Origin: an uncultured Chloroflexia bacterium
Lineage (GTDB): Bacteria; Chloroflexota; Anaerolineae; B4-G1; SLSP01
Direction of reading: 5' to 3'
Assembly (NCBI GenBank): GCA_963751345.1
Contig: CAVVUS010000022.1
Coordinates: forward strand, 96,001-160,000
Length of the DNA: 64,000 bases
A program made the position numbers and the translations under genes. Shown here one piece after another: positions 32,701 to 42,193 of the stretch; within the stretch, counting starts at the first letter, position 1; each line of letters starts with the position of its first letter. The notes under the pieces were generated by a model. The model searched no databases. It saw only the letters and a list, made by a program, of their open reading frames with translations, and was not told the DNA's origin.

Positions 32701-33126
32701 CCTGAGTTGGCCGGGTGGTCGCGGCCCCAGAACGCGCTGCGTGCTGGGGGTGAGGAAAGTCCGGACTCCAAAGGGTACGATGCCGGGTAACCCCCGGGCG
32801 GGGAGACCCGCGGACAGGGCCACAGAGACATACCGCGAACCCGGGCGTGATCCCGGGCCGCAAGGGTGAAAAGGTGGTGTAAGAGACCACCGGCGCACGG
32901 GGTAACCGGTGCGGCCAGGCAACCCCCATCGGGAGCAAGGCCAAGCAGAGGGAAGAGCCAGAGGCTGGGGCACGACCCGTGCCCTTCCCAACACGGCTGA
33001 AGGCCGCGTTGGGACGACCTTCGGGTAGGCTGCCCGAGAGGACGGGTAACCGTCTTCCTAGATAGATGATCACCCCGCCGAGGGATCCCCTCGGCGGACA
33101 GAATCCGGCTTATAGGCTGACTCAGG
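32701..33126 (+). ncRNA. rnpB: RNase P RNA, bacterial type A
   Basis: GAGGAAAGTCC and ACAGAATCCGGCTTAT conserved regions; P1 CCTGAGT/ACTCAGG; GGTAAC loops; AAGGGTGAAA; GGAGCAAGGCCAA. Confidence 0.97.
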
Positions 33127-33140
33127 TTTTCTAACTGACG

Positions 33141-33168
33141 TTGCTAAGCACCTGATCTGTGGTATGAT
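33141..33168 (+). promoter_or_regulatory. Promoter of the rpsF operon
   Basis: TTGCTA-16-TATGAT with TGTG extension. Confidence 0.6.
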
Positions 33169-33184
33169 GTCGCGGTGTGTTAGT

Positions 33185-33247
33185 GACGGGCTTTCTGCCC
33201 TTAGCAAACAGACGAGGGCAATCCCATAGGAAGGAGACAATTCCGTC
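33185..33247 (+). promoter_or_regulatory. S6:S18 ribosomal protein leader
   Basis: CTTTCT pairs with the SD region AGGAAG; inner stem GCCCT/AGGGC; unpaired CCC on the 3' side; directly upstream of rpsF. Confidence 0.72.
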
Positions 33248-33664
33248 TTGGAGACACGAAACTACGAGTTGATGTTTATTGCCGACGCTGGACTGAGCGA
33301 GGAGGGCTTGGATGCCGTCCTTCAACGAGTTCAGCGGTACCTGGAGGGTGCAGGAGCGCAGGTGTTCAGCTTCAAGAGCTGGGGCTTGCGACGGCTGGCC
33401 TATACAATTGGCGGACAGCACGAGGGGCGCTATTACCTCGCCCAGTTTGCCACTCTCCCCGAGACAGTCAATGACCTGGATCGGAACCTCCGCTTGGTTG
33501 AGGGTGTGCTGCGTCACCTCCTGACGCGCGTCGACGAGTTGCAGATTCCCGAGAGCACCGAGGAACCCGCTGCGGCGGTACCTGCGGCAGCCCCCCCACC
33601 CGAACCTGAACCCGAGACCGCTGAGGAATCGTCGGAAACTATCGAGGCTACCACAGAAGCATAG
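33248..33664 (+). CDS. rpsF: 30S ribosomal protein S6 (TTG start, Pro/Glu-rich tail)
   Basis: RNYELMFI, WGLRRLAYTI, GRYYL, VLRHLL. Confidence 0.95.
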   Translation: METRNYELMFIADAGLSEEGLDAVLQRVQRYLEGAGAQVFSFKSWGLRRLAYTIGGQHEGRYYLAQFATLPETVNDLDRNLRLVEGVLRHLLTRVDELQIPESTEEPAAAVPAAAPPPEPEPETAEESSETIEATTEA

Positions 33665-33694
33665 GTGCTGTAGCCAGCCCAAGGACTCCCCAAC

Positions 33695-34087
33695 ATGACA
33701 CGTGGCCTGAACAAGGTGATGATCATCGGGCATCTTGGACGCGATCCTGAAATGCGATTCACCGCGAGTGGGCGACCTGTTGCCTCTTTCAGCGTCGCCA
33801 CGATGCGGGGCTGGACCAACAACGACGGAGACCGTCAAGAAGAGACAGAGTGGTTCCACGTCGTCACGTGGGGAGGGCTGGCGGAGCTCTGCAAACAACG
33901 GCTTCACAGGGGTTCACAGATATACGTTGAGGGTCGACTGCAGACCCGCTGCTGGGAAGGTCCTGATTGCGAGCGTCATTATCGAACTGAGCTGGTGGCC
34001 CAGGAACTTATCTTCCTCGATGGTCACGACAGTTCGGCTGACTTCGATGACGAAGACGACGACTACGACGCCGCAGATGTAGAGTAG
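33695..34087 (+). CDS. ssb: Single-stranded DNA-binding protein
   Basis: GLNKVMIIGHLGRDPEMR, ETEWFHVV, YVEGRLQTR. Confidence 0.95.
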   Translation: MTRGLNKVMIIGHLGRDPEMRFTASGRPVASFSVATMRGWTNNDGDRQEETEWFHVVTWGGLAELCKQRLHRGSQIYVEGRLQTRCWEGPDCERHYRTELVAQELIFLDGHDSSADFDDEDDDYDAADVE

Positions 34088-34109
34088 TTAGAACAAGGAG
34101 ATCGAAAGA

Positions 34110-34361
34110 GTGAGTGATTACCGACGCAATCGAAGGCGCTTTTCGTCCCGTCAGAAGGTTTGCCAGTTCTGTAGCGAAGGCGCAGAGAGTATCGATTACA
34201 AGAATGTAGGGCTACTTCAGCGCTTCGTCAGCGACCGGGGCAAGATTCGGCCTCGGCGCCAGACCGGTACCTGCGCTAAGCACCAGCGGGTATTGGCCGC
34301 TGCGATCAAGCAGGCGCGGCACATTGCCCTGCTGCCTTTCGTAGCCGAACTCGAGCGTTAG
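34110..34361 (+). CDS. rpsR: 30S ribosomal protein S18 (Zn-binding form)
   Basis: [37 protein letters not shown]. Confidence 0.96.
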   Translation: MSDYRRNRRRFSSRQKVCQFCSEGAESIDYKNVGLLQRFVSDRGKIRPRRQTGTCAKHQRVLAAAIKQARHIALLPFVAELER

Positions 34362-34378
34362 GTTGGCGAACACGTTTC

Positions 34379-34416
34379 ACATCGGGCATAGGGTCTGCCT
34401 ATGCCCGATGTTTTTG
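34379..34416 (+). terminator. Intrinsic terminator after rpsR
   Basis: ACATCGGGCATAGG/CCTATGCCCGATGT stem followed by a T run. Confidence 0.8.
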
Positions 34417-34445
34417 TAGAAATCATGTCGTGAGCATATATCAGT

Positions 34446-35708
34446 ATGGCAAAGCAAACTCAAACACATAGGCAACTAACACGCAAACAGGTCGCTCGAC
34501 GCGAGAGAGAGCACCGCGCACAGCAGATTATGACGATGTCGGCTATTGCTGTCGGTATCCTCATCGTCGGCATTCTCGCCTACGGTGTCATCTCCGAGGT
34601 CTTCATCAAAGCGCGAAAACCGGTTGCTCGCGTTGGTGACGTGACCATCACCGCTCAGGAGTTCAAGAACCGGCAGTCTTACGAGCGGTGGATGACACAG
34701 CTGCAGATCTACCAGTACGATAGTCTCCTGACCCAGTTGGGCGGACAACAGTCCAGTGCTTCAGGGACGATCACCGGCACAGAGCCAATATCCCCGACCA
34801 ATAGCAGCACGACGTCGCTGGTTCAGCAACTCCAGGCTCAGGTCACCACTCTGCAGAACCAGCTCTCGCCGGATCTATCCAACGTGTACGGCGGTCAGGT
34901 ACTGGATTCGATGATCGAAGAGGAACTCGTCCGGCAGGAAGCCGATGCGCGTGGCATCACGGCAACGGACGACGAGGTCCAACAGAAAATCGAGCAGTTG
35001 CTGGGGTACAGCGCAGATACGGCTGCCTCAAGCACGGTCACCGACACCACGACACTGACCGACACAACAACGATCACCACGCCGACGGCCACCACCCCAA
35101 CGACGACGACGGCAGCCACGGCGACACCCGTTGTCCAGACCTTCGACGAGCTCTACGCACAGTTCAAGACGAACGTGCTCGACGTCACCCGATTCTCGGA
35201 ATCGGATTTCCGGGCGATGATGAAGGCCCAGGTACTCCGCGACCATCTTCAGAACCAACTCTCCGATGGCGTGAGCAGAATCCAGGATCAGGTGGAAACC
35301 ACGCTTTTCGTCCTTCCTACGGAGGAAGAAGCCACGACGATTCAGACGCGGCTCAATGACGAAGGCGCCGATCCGGCTGCGATCGTCGACGAGTTGACCG
35401 CAGACACCAACGATGCCACAGCCGGCTATACGCTGCCCTGGCTACCGCTAGGTTACTTGAGCAGCCAGGTTAGCGCGGATGTCGAGCGGGCAGCCTTCAA
35501 CACGCCCGTGGGCCGGGCCTCCGAGCCGATCCTCGGGGCTACCGACGGACAGTACTACGTGGTATTCGTACAGGGCCACGAAGAGCATCCGCTGAGCTCC
35601 GACCTCCTGACTTCGGCCGAGCAACAGGCCTATGACGAGTGGTTGACTCAAGCCCGAACCGATCACGCTCAGTATCTGGATTGGGAGAGCGCCGTCATCA
35701 CCAGCTGA
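34446..35708 (+). CDS. SurA/PrsA-like membrane-anchored foldase with Thr-rich insert
   Basis: TM; PVARVGDVTIT..F; VLDSMIEEELVRQEA..GIT; degenerate parvulin region AAFNTPVG..SEPI. Confidence 0.8.
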   Translation: MAKQTQTHRQLTRKQVARREREHRAQQIMTMSAIAVGILIVGILAYGVISEVFIKARKPVARVGDVTITAQEFKNRQSYERWMTQLQIYQYDSLLTQLGGQQSSASGTITGTEPISPTNSSTTSLVQQLQAQVTTLQNQLSPDLSNVYGGQVLDSMIEEELVRQEADARGITATDDEVQQKIEQLLGYSADTAASSTVTDTTTLTDTTTITTPTATTPTTTTAATATPVVQTFDELYAQFKTNVLDVTRFSESDFRAMMKAQVLRDHLQNQLSDGVSRIQDQVETTLFVLPTEEEATTIQTRLNDEGADPAAIVDELTADTNDATAGYTLPWLPLGYLSSQVSADVERAAFNTPVGRASEPILGATDGQYYVVFVQGHEEHPLSSDLLTSAEQQAYDEWLTQARTDHAQYLDWESAVITS

Positions 35709-35791
35709 CCCAGTCGAACGAAGAAGTTCGTGGTGCTGCGGCAGGCGCCCATGGCCACCGCCTCACATTCAAGCCCACAGTCATACACACA

Positions 35792-35821
35792 CAAACCGGG
35801 TCCCCCAGGGGACCCGGTTTC
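35792..35821. terminator. Bidirectional terminator between convergent genes
   Basis: AAACCGGGTCCCC...GGGGACCCGGTTT. Confidence 0.75.
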
Positions 35822-35844
35822 CATTTGCCAAAGCGTTTCCCTGG

Positions 35845-38031
35845 CTAGACGGTCCGGCGCGCCTCGATGACATTGGGGAGTTGCTCAATCTTGGACATGA
35901 TCCGCGTCAGCGTCTTGAGGTTGGGGATCTCCAACGTCATATAGACGGGGATAATGTTGTAGCGGTCCCGCTTGCCGGTGCTGACGGCGGCCATGTTGAT
36001 CTTGCGATCGGCCACAACGCCGGAGATATCGTGGATCAGCCCCGACCGATCATAAGCCGTGACGGTAACTTGAACGGAGAAGGTTCGCTCCTCTTGGCCC
36101 CACGACACCTCAATCAGCCGATCCTGGTCGTTCTGTGGCATATTAAGTACGTTGGCACAATCACGGCGATGGATGGTGACGCCCCTGCCCCTGGTGATAT
36201 AGCCGATGATCTCCTCACCCGGAAGAGGGTTACAGCACTGTGCCAGGTGGGTGAGCACGCCGCCGGTACCGCGGATACTGATCCCCGTGGTCTCGATCTC
36301 GGGAGCCGGTGGGACGATCTCCTCCTCTGTCCACGTCTCTTCCTCATCCTCACGCTCGCGCACATATTGCTCAAGACGGTTGACCACGGCATCGCTGCTG
36401 AGATCGCCCATCCCCAACGCCGCGAGGAACTCATCGGTACTATTGAAGCGACGATGGAAGAGCTCTCCCACTGCCTCGGCCGAGAGACCCAAGGAGAGCC
36501 GTTTCACGATACGCTCCACGATTTCGCCACCACGAGCGATGTTCTCCTCGCGCCCCTGGCGGCGGAACCACTGTCGGATCTTCTGGCGTGCCCTGCCGGT
36601 CGTGACAAAACCCAACTCCTCGCTGAGCCAGTCACGGCTTGGCCCACCCTTACGACCCAGGATGATCTCCACTTGATCCCCGGTCTGTAGCGTGTAGTCC
36701 AGGTTGGTCCAGCGACCATTGACTCGGGCACCTCGACAGGCGTGTCCGACCTCGGTGTGAACGTAGTAGGCGAAATCCAGCGGGGTGGCGCCGGCAGGCA
36801 GGTCGATTACCTTACCCTTGGGCGTGAAAGCAAAGACACGATCCTGGAAGACGTCCAAACGGATCGAGTCGATGAAGCTGCGCGCATCCCGCTCCTCGTG
36901 CGTCAACTCCTGGACGCTCTCACGGATCGACGAGATCTGGTCCATCAACTGGGAGTTGACGTGCACACCACTCTCTTTGTAGCGCCAATGCGCAGCAAAG
37001 CCGTATTCCGCGAAGTAGTTCATCTCGTGCGTGCGAATCTGGATCTCCAATGAAGATCCGTCCTCCCCAATCACCGCCGTATGCAGGCTCTGATAGCCGT
37101 TAGGCTTGGGGTGGGCGATATAGTCGTCGAATTCGCCGGGAACCGGCTTCCAGAGTCGGTGAACGATGCCCAATACCTGGTAGCACTCAGGTTCGCTACC
37201 GACCACCACTCGCAGGCCCTCGACGTCGTAGATGTGAGCGAAGGGCACGTTCTTGCGACGCATCTTGGAGTAGATGCTGTAGATGTGCTTGGGACGTCCC
37301 TTGATGTCCGCGGGAATGTCGGCTTCGGCCAACGCCTTACGCAGCATATTGGCGTGGTAGCCTACCCGCTCCTGACGAAGATCGCGGCGAGTTGCCAACA
37401 GATCGGCGAGCTGATAGTAGGTCTTGGGATTCAGGTAACGAAACGCCAGATCCTCCAACTCGGCCTTCCAGACCCAGATGCCGAGGCGGTTCGCGAGCGG
37501 GGCGAAAATCTGCAGCGTCTCACGCGCCATCCGCACCTGGCTCTTGGGCGATAGGTACTCGAGGGTGCGCATGTTGTGGAGGCGATCGGCGAGCTTGATG
37601 AAGATCACGCGAATGTCATCATTGGCCATCGCCAACAGGAGCTTGCGGAGGCTCTCCATCTCAGCCAGATTACGCTCGTGGGCATCATCGCCCTGCACGC
37701 GCTTCTCCACGCGCTCCAGCTTCGTGACACCCTCGACCAGGACCAACACCTCGTGGCCGAACTCAGCCTCGATCTCCTCGCGGGAGATGTCGCTATCTTC
37801 CAGAACGTCATGCAACAAGCCAGCGGCAATCACCGCTGGCTCGAAGTTGAGTTCCGCCAGAATGTGGGCCACATTCAGCGGATGGATGAGATAAGGCTCG
37901 TCGGACTTCCTGAACTGGCCCGCGTGTGCCCGCTCGGCCATCGCATACGCGCGCCGAATCAGGTCGCGTGCCTCGGTCGCCGCAACGCCCTCAGGAAGCT
38001 CCTGAAGTATCTCCGCAAGCTGAACACCCAC
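35845..38031 (-). CDS. rel: Bifunctional (p)ppGpp synthetase/hydrolase (long RSH)
   Basis: HD domain LLHDVLED, KLADRLHNMRT, GRPKHIYSI, PKPNGYQSLHT, TGS FTPKG, CCNPLPG, ACT domain. Confidence 0.96.
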   Translation of the reverse strand: MGVQLAEILQELPEGVAATEARDLIRRAYAMAERAHAGQFRKSDEPYLIHPLNVAHILAELNFEPAVIAAGLLHDVLEDSDISREEIEAEFGHEVLVLVEGVTKLERVEKRVQGDDAHERNLAEMESLRKLLLAMANDDIRVIFIKLADRLHNMRTLEYLSPKSQVRMARETLQIFAPLANRLGIWVWKAELEDLAFRYLNPKTYYQLADLLATRRDLRQERVGYHANMLRKALAEADIPADIKGRPKHIYSIYSKMRRKNVPFAHIYDVEGLRVVVGSEPECYQVLGIVHRLWKPVPGEFDDYIAHPKPNGYQSLHTAVIGEDGSSLEIQIRTHEMNYFAEYGFAAHWRYKESGVHVNSQLMDQISSIRESVQELTHEERDARSFIDSIRLDVFQDRVFAFTPKGKVIDLPAGATPLDFAYYVHTEVGHACRGARVNGRWTNLDYTLQTGDQVEIILGRKGGPSRDWLSEELGFVTTGRARQKIRQWFRRQGREENIARGGEIVERIVKRLSLGLSAEAVGELFHRRFNSTDEFLAALGMGDLSSDAVVNRLEQYVREREDEEETWTEEEIVPPAPEIETTGISIRGTGGVLTHLAQCCNPLPGEEIIGYITRGRGVTIHRRDCANVLNMPQNDQDRLIEVSWGQEERTFSVQVTVTAYDRSGLIHDISGVVADRKINMAAVSTGKRDRYNIIPVYMTLEIPNLKTLTRIMSKIEQLPNVIEARRTV

Positions 38032-38104
38032 TGTCTTCCCTCTCCCCCACTCCCCCGGCTGTGAGTTCAGTTATATCGGGGGGGAGGGGAAAGTCGAGCT
38101 GCAG

Positions 38105-38611
38105 CTATGCCGGCGCGGCGCCTAATCCTGCACCATCGCGGTATCGTAGTAGAAGCCAACCTGCGGAATGGACTCTGCCCTCGGGGCCACGATATCCCTG
38201 AGACGAGAGATCACCCAGCGGGACCGTGGTTGCATCCACATCAATGGTCAGCCCGATGCGATGGCCTGCTTCCAGCAGCATGGCCAGCCCAACGCTGAAC
38301 CGACCGTTTTCGTCGATCTCGTCCGTCCCTACAAATTCTCCCATAAAGGTCACATCCTGGAGGACGATGACCACGTTCGGCGGACCTGATCCGGTGATCT
38401 TCGTCGCGCCGGCCCGCAAAGGGCGATCGAGTTCAAACGGTACGATCGCCGGCGTCGGTGCCTTGGTCGCGTTGAGGGGCGACGCCGATGGGCTCACGCT
38501 GGCGCCGAGCGGGCTCTCAAGCGTCTGAGGCGTTGATGTAACCGTATGACAGGCGGATATTGCCAAGACAAGCAATCCGCACCGAAGGAACGAAGTGATC
38601 CAGCTTTTCAT
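38105..38611 (-). CDS. Lipoprotein with Ig-like domain (3' end possibly frameshifted)
   Basis: Lipobox LAISAC; ITGSGPP..DENGRFSV. Confidence 0.6.
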   Translation of the reverse strand: MKSWITSFLRCGLLVLAISACHTVTSTPQTLESPLGASVSPSASPLNATKAPTPAIVPFELDRPLRAGATKITGSGPPNVVIVLQDVTFMGEFVGTDEIDENGRFSVGLAMLLEAGHRIGLTIDVDATTVPLGDLSSQGYRGPEGRVHSAGWLLLRYRDGAGLGAAPA

Positions 38612-38724
38612 CCTAACTCCTTCTTCAGACGTTAAGTGCCAGTATCATACCACGATCCGACCGCGAGGGCCACAGAATGGCAGGAGAAAACAACACAAGT
38701 GTTGCCAGGAATTCCCTACTTTCA

Positions 38725-38761
38725 TGACAGAACCACCCACAGCGTGTGGGTGGTTCTGTCT
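38725..38761. terminator. Hairpin downstream of the secreted repeat protein
   Basis: GACAGAACCACCCAC-AGC-GTGTGGGTGGTTCTGTC. Confidence 0.7.
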
Positions 38762-38790
38762 GAGCTTACGTGAACTACGTGTCGCGCAAA

Positions 38791-40278
38791 CTAGGGGGTG
38801 AGATTGAAGCCCTCGTAGTTATTCTTGTCCTGTAGCAGTGCTGCTCCCGGATAGACTGCCTCGTTGGCGATAGCCACGATGTTCTGATCAGCCGTGATCG
38901 TAACACCATAGGTCGAGTTGCTAGGAGCAGTCGTGCTGGCCCACACAGATGCGTCCTCGCTCAACCGCGAGAGCTCGACGCTTGCACCCCGCCGCAATCG
39001 TCATCGGCTTTGTGGTGTAGGTGTTACCCGCGGCGGCTCCCGCCGAACCGATGAGGGTGACGACGACATTGGTCGCCGGCGTGCTGCTGACGTTCTGGAT
39101 CATCAAGCCGGTGTACTTGCTGAACCTATTCTCCTTGTACATCGGCACACCGACCTTGGTCGTTGTCAACGCCTGCGAGAACGCCGAATAGGTCGTCGAA
39201 GCCTGGTTTTGTCCGGCGGGGATCTTGCCAGCCACGTAGCTCTCACTCACAACGGCCACGATATTGCGCCGGTGGCCTCGATCTGGCGGACGCGGCACAG
39301 TTATCGATCATCGCGCCATCTTGTCCGGCGATCTGGTTGAAGGTATGCGGAGCACCTGCGGCCAACCCGTTGAACACTCTGACATAGTGCGGCTGTCCTG
39401 CACAAGCACCACGAGACCCACCAAGGGTGCCCGTAACGTTGACCGGGGAAGAGCCCACATTCTGGACCTGAATACCCGTAAACCGACCAAAGCGATCCTG
39501 CTTACTGTCGGAGCGAAGACCGCGGTGTCGAAGTCATTCGCGGTGAATCCGCGGGTGCCCTGGAGCAAAGTCGCGGGGCTCTCACCGGTGTTGTACTCCA
39601 TCACCACACCTGCAAGCGGCTGGCTTGAGGTCACTTTGAGACTACCGATGTTATTACGGTTGGTGCCCGTGGCCGGAACCAATGCATCAGCAGGTGTCAC
39701 GACGACCATCTGGCCAGGCCCGATGGGAGGTGTCGTGTAATTGTAGGGAGTGCTATCATCCATCGTGAAGACGCACGTGGCCGTGGCCGCCGTGCTGCCG
39801 GCGTTCTGGATGTAGAACGAGGTCGTCTTGCCATAGCGGTTATTCTTCGCCATTGGGAAGTAGAGCGTGGTGTCGACGGCCACCCCGTCGATTCCCTGAT
39901 ACTGGGCGGCGGCCTGACCACCGGCCACACCTAGGCCACCGGACTCGCGGTTTGTCACGTTCACGATCGCCTTGATGGGCTGGTCAGCACTCACAACCGC
40001 CGACCCATTGAAGCCATCCGGCATGGTGGCGAAGTCAGAGGGAATAAAGTTCCTGGCCTCATTCGGCGCAAGCGTGTCCGTGGCACGTAGGTGGACGAAC
40101 TGCCAGCATCGTAAGCTGTGACAATCAGCGTAGCGCTGGAGCTGCTGACGTTCTGGATCATCTCACCAGACCACCATCCACCGCCTGGTACACTCGATGC
40201 GCTCTGTGCACCCACCGCTCCGACGAGCACAAGTGCCAATGTCAGAACCAAACCCACCACTGAGTAGCTCTTTCTCAT
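38791..40278 (-). CDS. Secreted beta-rich repeat protein, surface-layer candidate (several frameshifts)
   Basis: Strong GGAGAGGAG RBS; signal MRKSYSVVGLVLTLALVLVGAVGA; repeated IQNV/IQNA/VQNV and ADQPI/SSQPL/ADQNI motifs across four ORF fragments. Confidence 0.72.
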
Positions 40279-40479
40279 TACATTACTCCTCTCCAATTTG
40301 GATATCGTACACTTCGAAGACAAATGCTGTAGCTAATTGGGCATCCCGACATGATCCCTGCCCTGCTCTCTGGTGAAACAGCGGGTCCATCTGCCCGTCA
40401 AACAACTATAGGGTAACAGAATGGATCCAAGATCTCAATAACCCGAGTGGGTTATTCCGCGCCAAAGTCCTATACCGAC

Positions 40480-42178
40480 CTATAGATAGCCAAGATGGCG
40501 CAGACGGTCGACAACTTCCTCCTCTTCATCACGCCCAAGCACTGCCTTAGCGTGTTCTTCTTGCACCCAACCTTCATCGTCATAGTGACGCACTTCTCGC
40601 GCCCGCCATTCTGCGGCCAAATATGTAGTTAGCACGCTGCCATCGACATGACTGGGTATCGGCAATCCCAGGAGGTGCAGAGCAGTAGGAGTAATGTCCA
40701 TGAGCGATGCAGCCGGTGCGCTGCCCTTGTTGGAGATAAGTCCCTCCCCAGCAGCGACGAGGAGACCATCAAGACGATGGCTACCCGATTCCCCCGTCAG
40801 TGGTGCTGTGAAGACCTCGCCTCGCGCTCTGCTGAACTCATACCCATAGCGAGTTACGTAGGCCAGATTACGCGCATGACCACGGTCAAGTCTGGGGCTC
40901 GATCGGCGAAAGGGCCCGCAAAAAGGTCTTCCCTTGTATACACGGCCGAAACCACGGACTCGTCGTCTGTTGGAGAGCGCCACGCGTGCAAAGCGTCGAT
41001 AATTTCGTCTCGGACACCCTCGTATTCGGCCCCAGGTGAAACAACACCCGATGGCTCTCTTCCACGAACATTGAGATAGATCTGCCCGTAATAGCCGTAG
41101 CTGTCAGCCGAGTCTTCTGCCAATCGATGACCTCGGCCAGGTCACCCCAGGAATCCCGTGGCAACACAGAAATGGCGTCGCCTAGAAAGGGTCTTGAGCG
41201 CATGTTCTTACTCTTCCTAGTCCGATGGCACGCAGAGTTTTGGACACGTTGGACCAGGTGATACCCAAACGGCCCATTCGGGGCGCGGAGACCGTGCGCT
41301 GCGGACCTGTTGCGTGCAAGGAAGCCCTGCTGACTGAGCCACTCGTTCAGAAACACATCCCTGTAGAGCGGACCTGTGCCGTGATCAGACACGACAAACA
41401 CGGTGCAGTTGGGTCCAGCCGCCTCAATGAGACGACCAAGGGATGCATCTAGGCGTTGGTAGCATTCCAGGAGGGCGGTTCCATAGCTTTCAGCAAGGCC
41501 TGGGTCGTGTACCGGATGCGTCTCATCCATATAGGACCAGAATTGGTGAGCGACCTCATCGGAATCACGATACACCACGACAAACAGATCCCATGGCTGC
41601 TCGCCCATCAACTGCAGTGCGCTAGCAGTCAGGTGATCCGATATCTCGTACGTGTCATCCAGGAAGGCCTGTTGTCCGTCCTCACCTTGGCGAAAGACGC
41701 GGCGATTGACGCGATACCCACTCCTCAGGAGATCGTCACCCAGTTCCAGTGGATATGTGAAGGGCTGGTAATTCGGCGTACCGAGACCCGATATCAGAAA
41801 ACCATTCACGGGTTCGGGCGGATATGTCATTGGCACGTTGATCACACCCACCCGCAGCCCCTGATCACTAACCATCCTCCAGAGTGAGCGTCCATGCATC
41901 TGCAAACGGCTCACCGGTCTCAGTTGGTAAGTTGTAGGATCACGTATGACAAAATCGTAGATCCCGTGCTTGCCTGGATTCAGGCCTGTCATAAACGATG
42001 ACCAAGCTGCGGAGGAGAGAACGGGGTAGACCGAACGCAAGGGAGCGTAGCTTCCTTGACGCATCAGTTCGGCCAGCACGGGAAGATGCCCTTGTTGCAC
42101 CCACGGCTCCACCAAGTCAAGCGTTGCGCCATCCCAACCGACAATCAGTACACGTTCTACACGTTGTTTCACGAGCAC
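40480..42178 (-). CDS. Alkaline-phosphatase-superfamily (phosphodiesterase-type) protein (frameshifts)
   Basis: VGWDGAT, AWSSFMTG.NPGKHGIYDF, VSDHG, YLNVRGREP.G, SGSHR, DITPT, EEEVVDRLRHLGYL. Confidence 0.88.
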
Positions 42179-42193
42179 GACCCTTTCACAAGT

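Noticed and set aside
32354-33073. ORFs of 239 aa and 112 aa on the minus strand
   Set aside because: Antisense shadows of rnpB.
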